Shown: positions 40,053 through 49,469 of the stretch, piece after piece
Layout of the letters: each line of letters opens with the position of its first letter
Position numbering within the stretch: the first letter of the stretch is position 1
Sequence record: OQ471969.1
DNA: 64,000 bases
DNA from: Acinetobacter phage vB_AbaM_ABMM1
Strand: one strand, 5' to 3'
Notes under the pieces: generated by a model
Told to the model about the DNA's origin: nothing
The model's input: the letters and a program-made list of their open reading frames with translations, nothing else
The model's database searches: none
Position numbers and translations under genes: made by a program

Positions 40053-40263
40053 GACAGCAAGTAGTATTTCTGAAAACTGCCCAATGCCTTTATCGGATGC
40101 ATTAAAAATGCCTTTGAGTTTTGAAAGTACTTACTTCAATTCATCAGCATGGGAAAACCGCAAGAAGTATTTAGAAAATGAAATTGAACGTCATAACGTA
40201 TTCTTAAAATTAGGTCAAGAAGTCATTAAGGGATTAAATGCCCTAGCAAGTAGAGGCCGATAG
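39970..40263 (+). CDS. hypothetical small protein (start uncertain)
   Basis: 97-aa ORF overlapping the previous gene by 83 nt; followed by terminator at ~40268-40300. Confidence 0.25.
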   Translation: MQMTRLHDFAPLPSLQESSKSWTDLLLETASSISENCPMPLSDALKMPLSFESTYFNSSAWENRKKYLENEIERHNVFLKLGQEVIKGLNALASRGR

Positions 40264-40384
40264 TTTTCATGTAGAAAAGTCTGATTAATTTAGACTTTTT
40301 TCGTGCTTTGTATTTGGAACCATACTCTATTTAGAACAATAACACTTGCAAAAATAGCTCCAAATGAAACGTGGGGAATAGGTC

Positions 40385-40672
40385 ATGTCTGATCATCAGG
40401 CAATTGAAGTCACAGTCACAACTTTTGCTAATAAAACTACCTTCTGGAGTGGTTTAGCAAGCGCATTTGGTTCTTTAACTTCAATTAATTGGTTGAGCTA
40501 TACAGGTGCAATAGTGGCTGTTGTTGGCCTATTCATAAGTTTCATTTTTCAGTGGAGACGTGACCGCAGAGAACGTAAAGAAAGTGAATTACGTGAAAAA
40601 GAAAGCGAATTACGAATCAAAGCTTTAGAAGCTCTAGAGCAAGATAATTTACGAAAGAGGAAAGATGAATGA
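40385..40672 (+). CDS. putative holin (TM segment + highly charged C-terminal coiled coil)
   Basis: Hydrophobic YTGAIVAVVGLFISFIFQW followed by RRDRRERKESELREKESELR...; lies directly upstream of the endolysin with a 4-nt overlap. Confidence 0.5.
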   Translation: MSDHQAIEVTVTTFANKTTFWSGLASAFGSLTSINWLSYTGAIVAVVGLFISFIFQWRRDRRERKESELREKESELRIKALEALEQDNLRKRKDE

Positions 40673-41439
40673 AGTTAATTGAAAACAATGCTTGGCAGTA
40701 TCTATCTGTTAAGTTACCCGCCGTAGGTGCATTCATCATGCTAATTTTATTGCCAGCACTACAATGGGGTGTTGATTATGAAGTTATTCCTGAAAAATAT
40801 CATGCATTTGTTACTGGTACTTTGATGCTTGTTCTGTCATGGATTGGAAAGAAAATTTCTCAACCACGACTTAATGGCCCGCAATTAACAGGCCAGTTAG
40901 TAGGGATCAATTCTTTATTGAATATCCCAACACCAACAAAGCCTGATGAATTAGCTTGGATTGCAGAAGCAAAAAAGCATCTTGGCCTTCAAGAAATACC
41001 TGGTAAACAGCATAACCCAACTATTTTAAAATGGCTCTCGGAGCTAAAGGCTTGGTGGGCTGACGATGAAACGGCTTGGTGTGGGACCTTCGTTGCACAT
41101 TGCTTGAAATCAGCTGGAATTGCTTATCCTAAGCATTGGTACCGTGCATTGGATTATGTGAATTATGGTACAAAATTAGCTAAACCCGCTTACGGTTGTG
41201 TAGCTATTAAAACTCGAAAGGGTGGTGGGCATGTTTGTTTTGTAGTTGGCCGTGACAAAAAGTCTGGAAAGTTAGTATGCCTTGGAGGCAATCAGTCTAA
41301 TAAAGTTTGTTATGCACTTTATAATGACTCTGACTTTCAAGAATTCAGATGGTATGGTCGTACAACTCAACCAGCTAGCAAACGTTACAACTTACCGCAA
41401 TTAAGTGGCGTGACAGCAATTAGAGTTACTGAAGCATAA
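40669..41439 (+). CDS. membrane-anchored peptidoglycan hydrolase (TIGR02594 / CHAP-like endolysin)
   Basis: Two N-terminal hydrophobic helices, then ...TAWCGTFVAHCLKSAGIAYP...GGGHVCFVVG, which is typical of the TIGR02594 phage endolysin family. Confidence 0.6.
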   Translation: MKLIENNAWQYLSVKLPAVGAFIMLILLPALQWGVDYEVIPEKYHAFVTGTLMLVLSWIGKKISQPRLNGPQLTGQLVGINSLLNIPTPTKPDELAWIAEAKKHLGLQEIPGKQHNPTILKWLSELKAWWADDETAWCGTFVAHCLKSAGIAYPKHWYRALDYVNYGTKLAKPAYGCVAIKTRKGGGHVCFVVGRDKKSGKLVCLGGNQSNKVCYALYNDSDFQEFRWYGRTTQPASKRYNLPQLSGVTAIRVTEA

Positions 41440-41534
41440 TGAAGTTACTATTACTAAGCTTTCTTTTATGTGGCTGTACGGCACATACAATCAATAGCAA
41501 TGTAAACGTATCTATTTGCGTTAAAGCACTTTAA
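41439..41534 (+). CDS. 31-aa lipoprotein (o-spanin-like candidate)
   Basis: MKLLLLSFLLCGCTAHTINSNVNVSICVKAL has a lipobox-like LCGC. Its ATG overlaps the endolysin stop (TAATG). Not in the ORF track because it is under 60 aa. Confidence 0.35.
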   Translation: MKLLLLSFLLCGCTAHTINSNVNVSICVKAL

Positions 41535-41542
41535 AAAAAGCC

Positions 41543-41563
41543 CTGAATATTCAGGGCTTTTTA
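41543..41563. terminator. bidirectional rho-independent terminator
   Basis: The hairpin AGCCCTGAATATTCAGGGCT is flanked by A-run and T-run and serves the lysis operon (+) and the TPR gene (-). Confidence 0.6.
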
Positions 41564-41564
41564 A

Positions 41565-41936
41565 TTAATTATTTATTTCTGCATCGTAGACAGTTTGTAA
41601 AGAGGCTTTTAGAGCTTCATCATTTGTACTATCAATGAATTTCCTCATTTTCTCTTTGTATTCAAGGTGCCCAGCTTTATACTTTACAAGTAAGTATGAA
41701 AATTCAGCTTGCTTATAATTTGGGTCCTTCTTATTTTCTGGTTTGTTCAGCTCTACTTTTAGAACCTCTGCCACATAGTCATAGCACCTATTAATCGAAG
41801 TGGCTTCTTTCCCTTGTAGTGAAAGTAACTGACATCTAAATGTAAGTCGTGCTGTGTCATTTGGTTTCTGTGCAAGCTGCTTATCATTTAAAGCATGCGC
41901 TTTATCATAGTCATTCAAAATCATATATATATTCAT
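41565..41936 (-). CDS. TPR-like repeat protein
   Basis: 123 aa, AT-rich, helical-repeat composition. Confidence 0.4.
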   Translation of the reverse strand: MNIYMILNDYDKAHALNDKQLAQKPNDTARLTFRCQLLSLQGKEATSINRCYDYVAEVLKVELNKPENKKDPNYKQAEFSYLLVKYKAGHLEYKEKMRKFIDSTNDEALKASLQTVYDAEINN

Positions 41937-41971
41937 TTGAAGAAGCTCACGTTTTCGCTTATCCGTGATTT

Positions 41972-42243
41972 TATCGACCTCCGTCTAGGAAGAGCCCTTT
42001 GGAAAAAGTGGTCTGGTTATCATCGGCGAAGTTTGGTCGAAACCAAGATGCATTGCATCAAATTATTAGGCGATAAACTCTACTCAAGGAATTTTGACAG
42101 CCAAGTGAATGAGATCCATGCACGTGTAGCCGTATTAAATAAATTTACAGAATTAGGCAGACCTCATACCCAAGTTGTAACCTAAATTTTAGCAACTTAT
42201 GAAAACTTTACCTTCAAAGGCTTTATGCAACAAAGCCTATATT
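41972..42243 (+). mobile_element. IS5-family (IS903-group) transposase 3' fragment with right inverted repeat
   Basis: Translation ...WSGYHRRSLVETKMHCIKLLGDKLYSRNFDSQVNEIHARVAVLNKFTELGRPHT matches the IS903 transposase C-terminus. The terminal GGCTTTGTTGCATAAA (reverse complement, ~42228-42243) matches the IS903 IR GGCTTTGTTGAATAAATC. There is a GC jump at ~41972. Confidence 0.6.
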
Positions 42244-42307
42244 TGGGTAAAAGTAATAAAAAAAATCCTCAATTGAGGATTTTTAAAGCTTAGTATTTAT
42301 AAAAATA

Positions 42308-43006
42308 CTATTTTACTTTTAAATTAATATATTGAGACATTTCAGAAGTTACTATATCAAGTATTTCTTTATTAAATAGTTTTTCGGAATTCTTTAGATG
42401 ATTTGTCATTGCATTTAATTCAAAAGCTGATTTTGATTGTGATAGGTCTCTTAGCATTCCTCCAATACATCCTCTGTAATGTCGGATTCGATCTAAATCT
42501 AGATTAAGATCGGAGTCGAAGGTCTTTTCATAAATCTTTAAATCGATCAGAAATTGTTTATAGAGCTCTTCGCATTCATTGCGAAATATACTTCTTCTTT
42601 CTTCACATTCGTTAGGTATTTTTTCTGCCTGATCGATTAAATTTTTACTAATCTCTGGGAAGTTTTTTGAGTTCCATAAATGTTTTTGTGTCATTACATA
42701 CTTATGATAATAATCAAGATAACTTACAAGTTTATATAAAGATGTTTGTGTATTTCTAGCAAGTTCAGATCTATTTAAGCCTGTTTGAGAATCTCTCCAA
42801 TCATTAAATAAACTAGCTGCAATTATTGCTGCCCCAATAGTAGCTAAAGCTGAAAGTATGCTTACCATTAGGGACCAAGCTTCTTTTAATGGGTTATCAA
42901 TTTGATTGTAGGAATATAACCAAAGAGTGAAAAAGAAAAATATGATACAAATGGAAGTAATCCAACCAATAGTATCTATTAATAAAACTTTAATTTTTTG
43001 ATTCAT
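42308..43006 (-). CDS. AT-rich membrane protein (2 TM), unknown function
   Basis: 232 aa with two strong hydrophobic helices in the N-terminal 70 aa and a helical soluble domain. Confidence 0.45.
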   Translation of the reverse strand: MNQKIKVLLIDTIGWITSICIIFFFFTLWLYSYNQIDNPLKEAWSLMVSILSALATIGAAIIAASLFNDWRDSQTGLNRSELARNTQTSLYKLVSYLDYYHKYVMTQKHLWNSKNFPEISKNLIDQAEKIPNECEERRSIFRNECEELYKQFLIDLKIYEKTFDSDLNLDLDRIRHYRGCIGGMLRDLSQSKSAFELNAMTNHLKNSEKLFNKEILDIVTSEMSQYINLKVK

Positions 43007-43103
43007 AACTTTGAGTATTTCTGAGGTTAGCTTATTTTAGATAATCATAAATATTAATCTAGTCGAATAAATGGAAATTTCATTTAAGTTTTTGATAGAA
43101 AAA

Positions 43104-43121
43104 TGAGCAAAAAATTGCTCA
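43104..43121. promoter_or_regulatory. 18-bp perfect palindrome TGAGCAAAAAATTGCTCA (copy 1)
   Basis: Read directly; located between the umuC stop and the start of the 42308-43006 gene. Confidence 0.55.
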
Positions 43122-43144
43122 AAATTGATAAAATCCTTCGAAAG

Positions 43145-43162
43145 TGAGCAAAAAATTGCTCA
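43145..43162. promoter_or_regulatory. 18-bp perfect palindrome TGAGCAAAAAATTGCTCA (copy 2, overlaps umuC stop codon)
   Basis: Identical to copy 1, centre-to-centre spacing 41 bp. Confidence 0.55.
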
Positions 43163-44458
43163 TTTAGTTATTAAAGGTAGTTCATCCCATTTAAATGGAT
43201 TCTTAGTTAATTTGTCTCGTGACATTGACCAGTTGCGACCTGGTACATAACACGAACTTATACCGAGTTTTTTCTTTCCGAATTTTGTGTGTACGTTCTC
43301 TAGTGTTTTCATCAATTGTTCTTTCTTTTCTATAGCTTCGAAATCTGTGAGCAGGTCATAAGTGTGACCTGTTTTGGGTTCTAGCCCAGTTAGTATCACA
43401 CCGCACTTCTTATACTTAATACCTTCTTTAAAAATGTGAGATAGCATTTTTGTTGCAGCTTTTACGAAATCTAACGCACAATCTGTTGGTTGTGAAAATG
43501 AGCCGGTTATTGACTTGTTATAAAACGGTACATTTTCATCAAAAGGACTTGATTGAACAAAAACAATAAGACAGCCGCATAATGATTCATCATCTCTCAA
43601 TCTCTTACATGCTTCTTGTGCATGCATGGCTATTGCTTCTTGTAGGTCAATAAGTTCGGTAACTTTCGCACCAAAAGAACATGACTTAATAATTTGCTTT
43701 TTAGATGGCGGAGTGTCTTCAATTTCTAGGCAAGAGATGCCTTGTAGCTCGTTAATAGTACGAGCCATAACAATAGAAAAGCGTTTTTGCATTTCACGTG
43801 GTTCAGCACAAGCTAGATCAAGCACTGTATTAATTCCCATGCTTTGCAACTTTTTTGCATGTTTACGGCCGACCCCCCAGACTTCACTCACATCTATTTG
43901 AGCAAAGTAATATTCTTTATTGCACGGATCCATGTTTACGAGATCGCAAACGCCGTTAAAGCCTTGATTTTTCTTAGCTATATGATTGGATATCTTTGCC
44001 TCCGTCTTGCTGCGACCAATACCTACGCACACGGGCAAACCAATCCATTTCCATATTTTTAGGCGCATATCCTGAGCGACCTTTTCTAGGTCAAAATTTT
44101 TTTCATAAGCTGTGAAGTCTACAAAGCACTCATCAATCGAGTACGGTTCAACTTCTTCTGCAGTTACGTAAGAAGCAAGAATCGTATGAAAGCGCCGTGA
44201 CATTTCTGCATACATTGCATAGTTGCTTGAAAGAACGATTACGTTATGTTGCTGAACAATGTCTTTAATTTGAAAAAGCGGCACACCCATTTTTATATTT
44301 AAGGATTTTGCCTCGTTGCTACGCGCCACGGCGCACCCATCATTATTGCTGAGCACAATAACAGGCTTATCATTCAAAGACGGGTCAAAGACTCTTTCAC
44401 ATGAGACGTACATGTTATTTACATCGATGAGAAAAAATACTTTATTCTCATGTTTCAT
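43160..44458 (-). CDS. umuC: Y-family error-prone DNA polymerase V catalytic subunit
   Basis: [42 protein letters not shown] shows the UmuC/DinB N-terminal palm motif. Confidence 0.85.
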   Translation of the reverse strand: MKHENKVFFLIDVNNMYVSCERVFDPSLNDKPVIVLSNNDGCAVARSNEAKSLNIKMGVPLFQIKDIVQQHNVIVLSSNYAMYAEMSRRFHTILASYVTAEEVEPYSIDECFVDFTAYEKNFDLEKVAQDMRLKIWKWIGLPVCVGIGRSKTEAKISNHIAKKNQGFNGVCDLVNMDPCNKEYYFAQIDVSEVWGVGRKHAKKLQSMGINTVLDLACAEPREMQKRFSIVMARTINELQGISCLEIEDTPPSKKQIIKSCSFGAKVTELIDLQEAIAMHAQEACKRLRDDESLCGCLIVFVQSSPFDENVPFYNKSITGSFSQPTDCALDFVKAATKMLSHIFKEGIKYKKCGVILTGLEPKTGHTYDLLTDFEAIEKKEQLMKTLENVHTKFGKKKLGISSCYVPGRNWSMSRDKLTKNPFKWDELPLITK

Positions 44459-44461
44459 GAC

Positions 44462-44956
44462 TTAATGCCGCGTCATTTTAATGATATGAGTGACAACGCC
44501 CCAGATAATTAGTTCTTGGCCCTCTTGTAGATAGATATTTTTATATTCAGGATTCTCAGCTTTAAGCCATTGGCCGCTTTCATCAATCATTAGTCGCTTT
44601 ACAGTAAATTCATTATCGACTAGAGCCACAACGATATCGCCGTGCTTTGCATCAAGACTTCGATCTACAATCAACTCGTCATCAATATCAATGCCTGCGT
44701 TAAGCATCGAAAGCGAAGCAACTTTTACAATAAACGTTGAAGTTTCGTTCTTAATTAAGTGCTCATTCATATCGAGTACTTTGTCTATGTAATCTTGTGC
44801 AGGGCTAGGGAAACCAGCGGAAATCTTTTCTAAAGCATAAGGGATAAGCATGTGAGTTGACGGTACAACTTGCTTAAATGATAAAGCTTCAGATAAAACA
44901 ATACTTTGTGTGATGTACGGTTTTATCTGGATAATGGACGGTGCAATTTCGCTCAT
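44462..44956 (-). CDS. umuD: UmuD-like S24 LexA-family peptidase
   Basis: The C-terminal S24 domain shows ...KVASLSMLNAGI...DRSLDAKHGDIVVA (Ser/Lys dyad context); located directly upstream of umuC. Confidence 0.75.
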   Translation of the reverse strand: MSEIAPSIIQIKPYITQSIVLSEALSFKQVVPSTHMLIPYALEKISAGFPSPAQDYIDKVLDMNEHLIKNETSTFIVKVASLSMLNAGIDIDDELIVDRSLDAKHGDIVVALVDNEFTVKRLMIDESGQWLKAENPEYKNIYLQEGQELIIWGVVTHIIKMTRH

Positions 44957-45070
44957 ATGTTTCCCCTAGCTTGATTTTGTAACATATTCAAGATGATATT
45001 CTAGAGATGAGCTTAAATTCAAATTTAAAAAGCTGTGGATAAACAAATAGAAGTCAAAAATTGACGTTCC

Positions 45071-45715
45071 TTATTGTGCATTTGGTCGGAAATTCTTCAG
45101 TTCTGATCTAGGTTGAGCGGTGAATTCATCAGCAGGCATATCTAAGAAAAACTCTTTAGCTTCTTCATGTTTGCAATGCAGCCAATCATTTCTTAGTTCA
45201 GGCGGGATGACAATGATAGAGCGTTTTTCATCTGTAGGAGCATGGAATTGCTTCATGAAAGGGTGATGGTCAGAATTAATTGTGAGCATGCTCATAGATC
45301 TGATTTCTTCGCCGTTCACTACAGCATATTCGTAAATGCCGGCGATAGTGAAAGGCATATCATCTTTGCGATAAATTCCCCACCATTCTGGCTTATTATT
45401 AATATACTTCGGTTCAAAAATCACATCTGCAGGTATTAAGCAGAATTGATTTTTCTTCCAAGCATTACGAAAGCTGGGCTTTTCGTGAACTGTCTCTGTT
45501 CTAGCATTATAAGTATTGTGTACCTTTTTAAGGTCTTTAACCCAAGGGGCTACGAGGCCAAAACGAGCTAAGCGCCATTCCATCTGCTCTTTTTTTGAGA
45601 ATAAGAGAGGGGCTTCATAGTTGGGATAAATGTGAGATTTATATTCAAATGTTGGCTCAAACAGATCCAGTAAGTGAATTCTATCTTTTGCAATTGGTTC
45701 GTAGTTTGAGCACAT
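45071..45715 (-). CDS. SOS-response-associated peptidase (SRAP/YedK/HMCES family, abasic-site processing)
   Basis: Starts MCSNYEP... (Met-Cys N-terminus, Cys2 nucleophile); 214 aa. The track ORF begins 3 codons earlier at 45724. Confidence 0.6.
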   Translation of the reverse strand: MCSNYEPIAKDRIHLLDLFEPTFEYKSHIYPNYEAPLLFSKKEQMEWRLARFGLVAPWVKDLKKVHNTYNARTETVHEKPSFRNAWKKNQFCLIPADVIFEPKYINNKPEWWGIYRKDDMPFTIAGIYEYAVVNGEEIRSMSMLTINSDHHPFMKQFHAPTDEKRSIIVIPPELRNDWLHCKHEEAKEFFLDMPADEFTAQPRSELKNFRPNAQ

Positions 45716-45828
45716 AAAATGCACCTAAATTAGAAAAGCTAAATAAACTATTAAATAAATTCTTATTAAATGCTTTATAATTTTTGTAGCTTGAGAAAAA
45801 GAATTTTTATTAAAAGTTAGGGGGAAAT

Positions 45829-46581
45829 ATGACACTTGATTCGTTCTCAAAATTTTTAGATGGAACGTTTAGACCTTTTGTTATTGTAATTTCGACAATA
45901 ATTACAATTATTTTGTCTTTAAATAAATGGGGGAACTCAGTAATCGCGAGCTTTACTATTGATCATGATGCATTAACATTTCCACGAATTAATAATATTG
46001 TCTTGGCAAATAAAAAGGACAAACCCGTTCCAATTTTTGCTATATACGCTTTATTTGATGAAGAAATATTACTACTTTTAGAAGAATGTAATCCTCCGCT
46101 TGTATTAGAGCCTTTTGGATCTATAAGTTTAACTACGAAGCCATTTAGTAATTTATCTTTAGGGCCTCATCTTTATAATCCTGAGTATGAAAACGCTAAA
46201 ATTTTACTTGAATCTGTAGACTCTATAATAGTTTGTAAGAATTTAAAGCGAACTCTAAAAGGGAATAATGAATATCGGCAGATTATAAAGCATTTCAATA
46301 GGTTTAATGGGATTGTGCATTCTTTAAATTTCCCATATGTTCTTGTGTATCGCTTAGGTGATGAGGTTAAAACTACCTTTATTCATGATAGTGGCTATTT
46401 TGAAAATAATTGGGATTTTCCATATCAAATGATTGGGCTGTTGCCAGGTCAACAATTAGATGAGAATTTAATTAATCAATTTCTTATTGATTATAATTAT
46501 GCTTCTTTATTTAAGACCTATGTTATATATAAATTTAATGGTAATGAGTATGAGTTGGTGCTAAAAAGCGATGATTCATGA
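45829..46581 (+). CDS. AT-rich membrane-anchored hypothetical protein
   Basis: 250 aa with an N-terminal TM (PFVIVISTIITIILSL); terminator at ~46588-46613. Confidence 0.4.
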   Translation: MTLDSFSKFLDGTFRPFVIVISTIITIILSLNKWGNSVIASFTIDHDALTFPRINNIVLANKKDKPVPIFAIYALFDEEILLLLEECNPPLVLEPFGSISLTTKPFSNLSLGPHLYNPEYENAKILLESVDSIIVCKNLKRTLKGNNEYRQIIKHFNRFNGIVHSLNFPYVLVYRLGDEVKTTFIHDSGYFENNWDFPYQMIGLLPGQQLDENLINQFLIDYNYASLFKTYVIYKFNGNEYELVLKSDDS

Positions 46582-46893
46582 AAATAAGCAACCAAATACG
46601 GTTGCTTATAATATAGCTAAAGAGTGTATGTAGATTAATTGCAGCTTACAAAAGAAATTTTAATCAGTGCAGCGAGTATTAATGAACTCAATAATAATAG
46701 CTAAGCATTCTCTAGATCCTTTAAGTTACTATTACCTATGTGCTCTTCTTGAAAAAATTCATCAGCTATTTGCCATGACTTAATAACTTGAATTACATCT
46801 TCTTTAGTCCAACTCTAGCATGTTTGGCTATTTCGTTTTCATCAAAATATTCGCTCATTTTTAATTACTTGTAATTCATTTTATTTTCAATGC

Positions 46894-48099
46894 TTAAATA
46901 TTAGTCAGAGAGTTAAGTTTCTTCAACCACTTTGTATAAGCTTCAGTTTGCTGTGGTAAATACTCGTAATAATCATAAGTACCTTGTTCACCAGACATTA
47001 CATGGCCAATCATTAGCTGTGCTACATCACGCGAAGTAAATGCGCTGAAATTAGTACGAGCTGTCCTTCTAAGGTCATGAAGGGACCAATGCTTCATGTA
47101 AAAGTCATGATGTCGTCTTAGGCGTTCCATTAAGTAGGCTGGCAATGAATTTGAAGAACCATGACTCATAGGTGTTTCTTCATTATCATTTGTTAGGAAG
47201 TACTCAGAAGTGTTGTATTCAAAAGCCTCGACAATTAATGCCTCCATTTCAGGCAAAATAGGGCGAATGATTTCACGGCCAGTTTTCTTACCGGTCTTAT
47301 TGTTTACAACAGGAACAATCCAGACTTTTCTATTTAAATCAAAATCTGTCTTTTTAGCTTTTCTAAGCTCACCATTACGGCAGCCAAACATTAAACATAG
47401 TTTTAAGAAAATTTTGTTTTTAGGCAAAATATTTGATTCTTCAATAGCCATCAAAACCATCTTAATTTCTTCATCAGAAAGAAATCTTGTTCTTCTGTTT
47501 CGCTCTATACCTAGATCTTCCTTGGCATAGATGTCAGATAAAACATTTACCTCAAGTAATTGTCTTTTTTTGGCCCATTTTAGAACCTGTTTTGCATTCG
47601 TTAATACGCGATCTGCAATCGAAGGTACATCATCTGCTAATTCTTCAAGTAAGGCTAACCATTGTTGTAGAGTAATGCGCTCAACTGGTAAATCACCGAT
47701 TTCAGGTATTACATGCTGCTCAAAAGTATTCTTAATTTGCTGGGCAGATGTTTTCTTCTTTAGACAATAACTTTCATACCAATCATTAAAGACATCTTCA
47801 AATGTGCTTGCATCGATGTATTTTTGCTGCTGTACACGAACCTCAACTTTAGGATTCATTCCCTTATCTAATAGTGAACGCATTTCACTAGCTTTTACAC
47901 GTGCATCTTTGAGAGAGATATGAGGGTAGGTACCAAGGTCTAAACGTTCAGCTTTTCCAGCAAAACGGTACCGAAGCTGAAAAACAATTTTACCTTTAGG
48001 TGAGATTCTGACACTCATTGAATCCCGATCTGCTATTTCTTCAACCTTATCACGTGCCTTGCCGTTATTAGCTTTCAGCCACACTTCAGTTAAAGCCAT
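46894..48099 (-). CDS. int: tyrosine integrase, P4-type (N-terminal DUF4102 arm-binding domain)
   Basis: The C-terminal catalytic region shows ...HDLRRTARTNFSA...MIGHV...GTYDYYEY. The N-terminus MALTEVWLKANNGK...DSMSVRISPKGKIVFQLRYRF is typical of P4-like integrases. Confidence 0.85.
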   Translation of the reverse strand: MALTEVWLKANNGKARDKVEEIADRDSMSVRISPKGKIVFQLRYRFAGKAERLDLGTYPHISLKDARVKASEMRSLLDKGMNPKVEVRVQQQKYIDASTFEDVFNDWYESYCLKKKTSAQQIKNTFEQHVIPEIGDLPVERITLQQWLALLEELADDVPSIADRVLTNAKQVLKWAKKRQLLEVNVLSDIYAKEDLGIERNRRTRFLSDEEIKMVLMAIEESNILPKNKIFLKLCLMFGCRNGELRKAKKTDFDLNRKVWIVPVVNNKTGKKTGREIIRPILPEMEALIVEAFEYNTSEYFLTNDNEETPMSHGSSNSLPAYLMERLRRHHDFYMKHWSLHDLRRTARTNFSAFTSRDVAQLMIGHVMSGEQGTYDYYEYLPQQTEAYTKWLKKLNSLTNI

Positions 48100-48529
48100 A
48101 GTCCACCTGTGTACATAATTTTAGTTGAGCGAGAGGTAAGTACAAATATGTACACCAATGTGTACATAATTAATGAGACTTATTCTGTCCTAAAATGTCT
48201 TAGTATGTCTATATTAAAAACAAGGGAAATATTGAGAAATAAGGCTTTTATTGTTGTTTTTGTCTTGGTGTGTCTTAGAGTGGCTAAATGGCATTAATTC
48301 TTTTGAACGATTAATGCCATATCGCCTAAACCCTTATAATTAAACGGGAAAAGTATATTCTTGCTTCCTTGGTTTCATTATATGTACACCATTATGTACA
48401 TAAATGAAATTGCTGAGTTTATCTAGCAAGCCGTGATTCGGCGGACAGTATATAGTAACGTAAATATGCTAACAATCATTGATCTGGACTAATTTGATCA
48501 AGTTTTCTGATTGTTAGCTTCGGTACAAC

Positions 48530-48799
48530 TTATATAGCTTTTTTTAGTTGCTTCTTTTGCTGGCATTCTTCCTCCCACTTCATTACATCAGTAGCGAGGT
48601 ATCTTTTCATTGTTCCGCCCTCAGAACTTAATGCTGGGGCTGGGAATGGAATCCCCCAAGGTGTGTTAATTTCCCACCGATTAAGTGTGCGTTTAGTAAT
48701 ATGAAACATCTCACACACATTGTTAGATGTCAGATATTTATCCACCTTACCCCTCCTTACTTTCCGCTTTAGGATTTGCCCACCAAAGTACAGGGCCAT
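48530..48799 (-). CDS. xis: excisionase / AlpA-like MerR-type HTH protein (start uncertain)
   Basis: ...KYLTSNNVCEMFHITKRTLNRWEINTPWGIPFP is an AlpA/Xis-type HTH. The track ORF starts at 48820 and overlaps the next gene. Confidence 0.55.
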   Translation of the reverse strand: MALYFGGQILKRKVRRGKVDKYLTSNNVCEMFHITKRTLNRWEINTPWGIPFPAPALSSEGGTMKRYLATDVMKWEEECQQKKQLKKAI

Positions 48800-49469
48800 C
48801 TTCTGAATCAAATGCTGCAATTAAAAAGAATCCTTGTTCTGGCGGTTCTGGCTTCCAGTTGGGCCAAACTACTGCATCTTCCGGTATATTTGGTATTTCA
48901 TCGTAATCTAATAGTTGAGTTTCAATTTCAACTCTAAGATTCATCTGAAGTTGTGCCCACTGTTCTCTTGTATAGGCTTCTGCTCCTTCTTCAATGGTGT
49001 CAAACAATTCAATATCTGGATGAAACCAATTGAAAAGGTTTTCAGGTGGTTCTATTGGCTGGATCTGATATTTAAAACCCGTCTCACTAGATCCATAAAA
49101 TAGTTTTGCTTCATCAAAGCTTTTGGTTACAAGAGGGGCAGAACCTTTCTTGTAGCAAATTACTATTTCATCAAATTTAAAAACACGTTCAGCTGTCTTC
49201 AAATCAAAGCATTGGTACATAGGTTCACTAAACCAACTCTCTACATAAAATAGATTTTTAATATGATCTTTGCGGGAACCGTGCCATTTCTGAACTTTAA
49301 TAACATCATCGAAGATTTCTAAGAAAAAGTTGTTGCCTTCCTTTTCATGCATTTTTCTATAACGCTCAACAGCTCTCTCAGCTATCTCTTTAGAAGCTGC
49401 TGGTGTTTGTCTGAAAGGGCTGTAACCTTCAGGTCGCATTGCAACTGCCCATAAAGTTGATTCACTCAT
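48747..49469 (-). CDS. hypothetical early protein
   Basis: 240-aa ORF in the leftward early operon. Confidence 0.35.
   Translation of the reverse strand: MSESTLWAVAMRPEGYSPFRQTPAASKEIAERAVERYRKMHEKEGNNFFLEIFDDVIKVQKWHGSRKDHIKNLFYVESWFSEPMYQCFDLKTAERVFKFDEIVICYKKGSAPLVTKSFDEAKLFYGSSETGFKYQIQPIEPPENLFNWFHPDIELFDTIEEGAEAYTREQWAQLQMNLRVEIETQLLDYDEIPNIPEDAVVWPNWKPEPPEQGFFLIAAFDSEDGPVLWWANPKAESKEG

Noticed and set aside
43626-44062. Plus-strand ORFs inside umuC
   Set aside because: They are antisense shadow ORFs within a high-confidence umuC.
46690-46860. Minus-strand mini-ORF MSEYFDENEIAKHARVGLKKM followed out of frame by ...VIKSWQIADEFFQEEHIGNSNLKDLENA
   Set aside because: It may be a frameshifted remnant of a small gene at the int-proximal end, but it is too short and unsupported to call.
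48100-48530. Looked for a tRNA gene as an integration target next to the P4-type integrase
   Set aside because: No cloverleaf-compatible sequence is present and there are no GTTC/TTCGA T-loop plus acceptor-stem pairings. The region instead carries repeated TGTACATAAT motifs.
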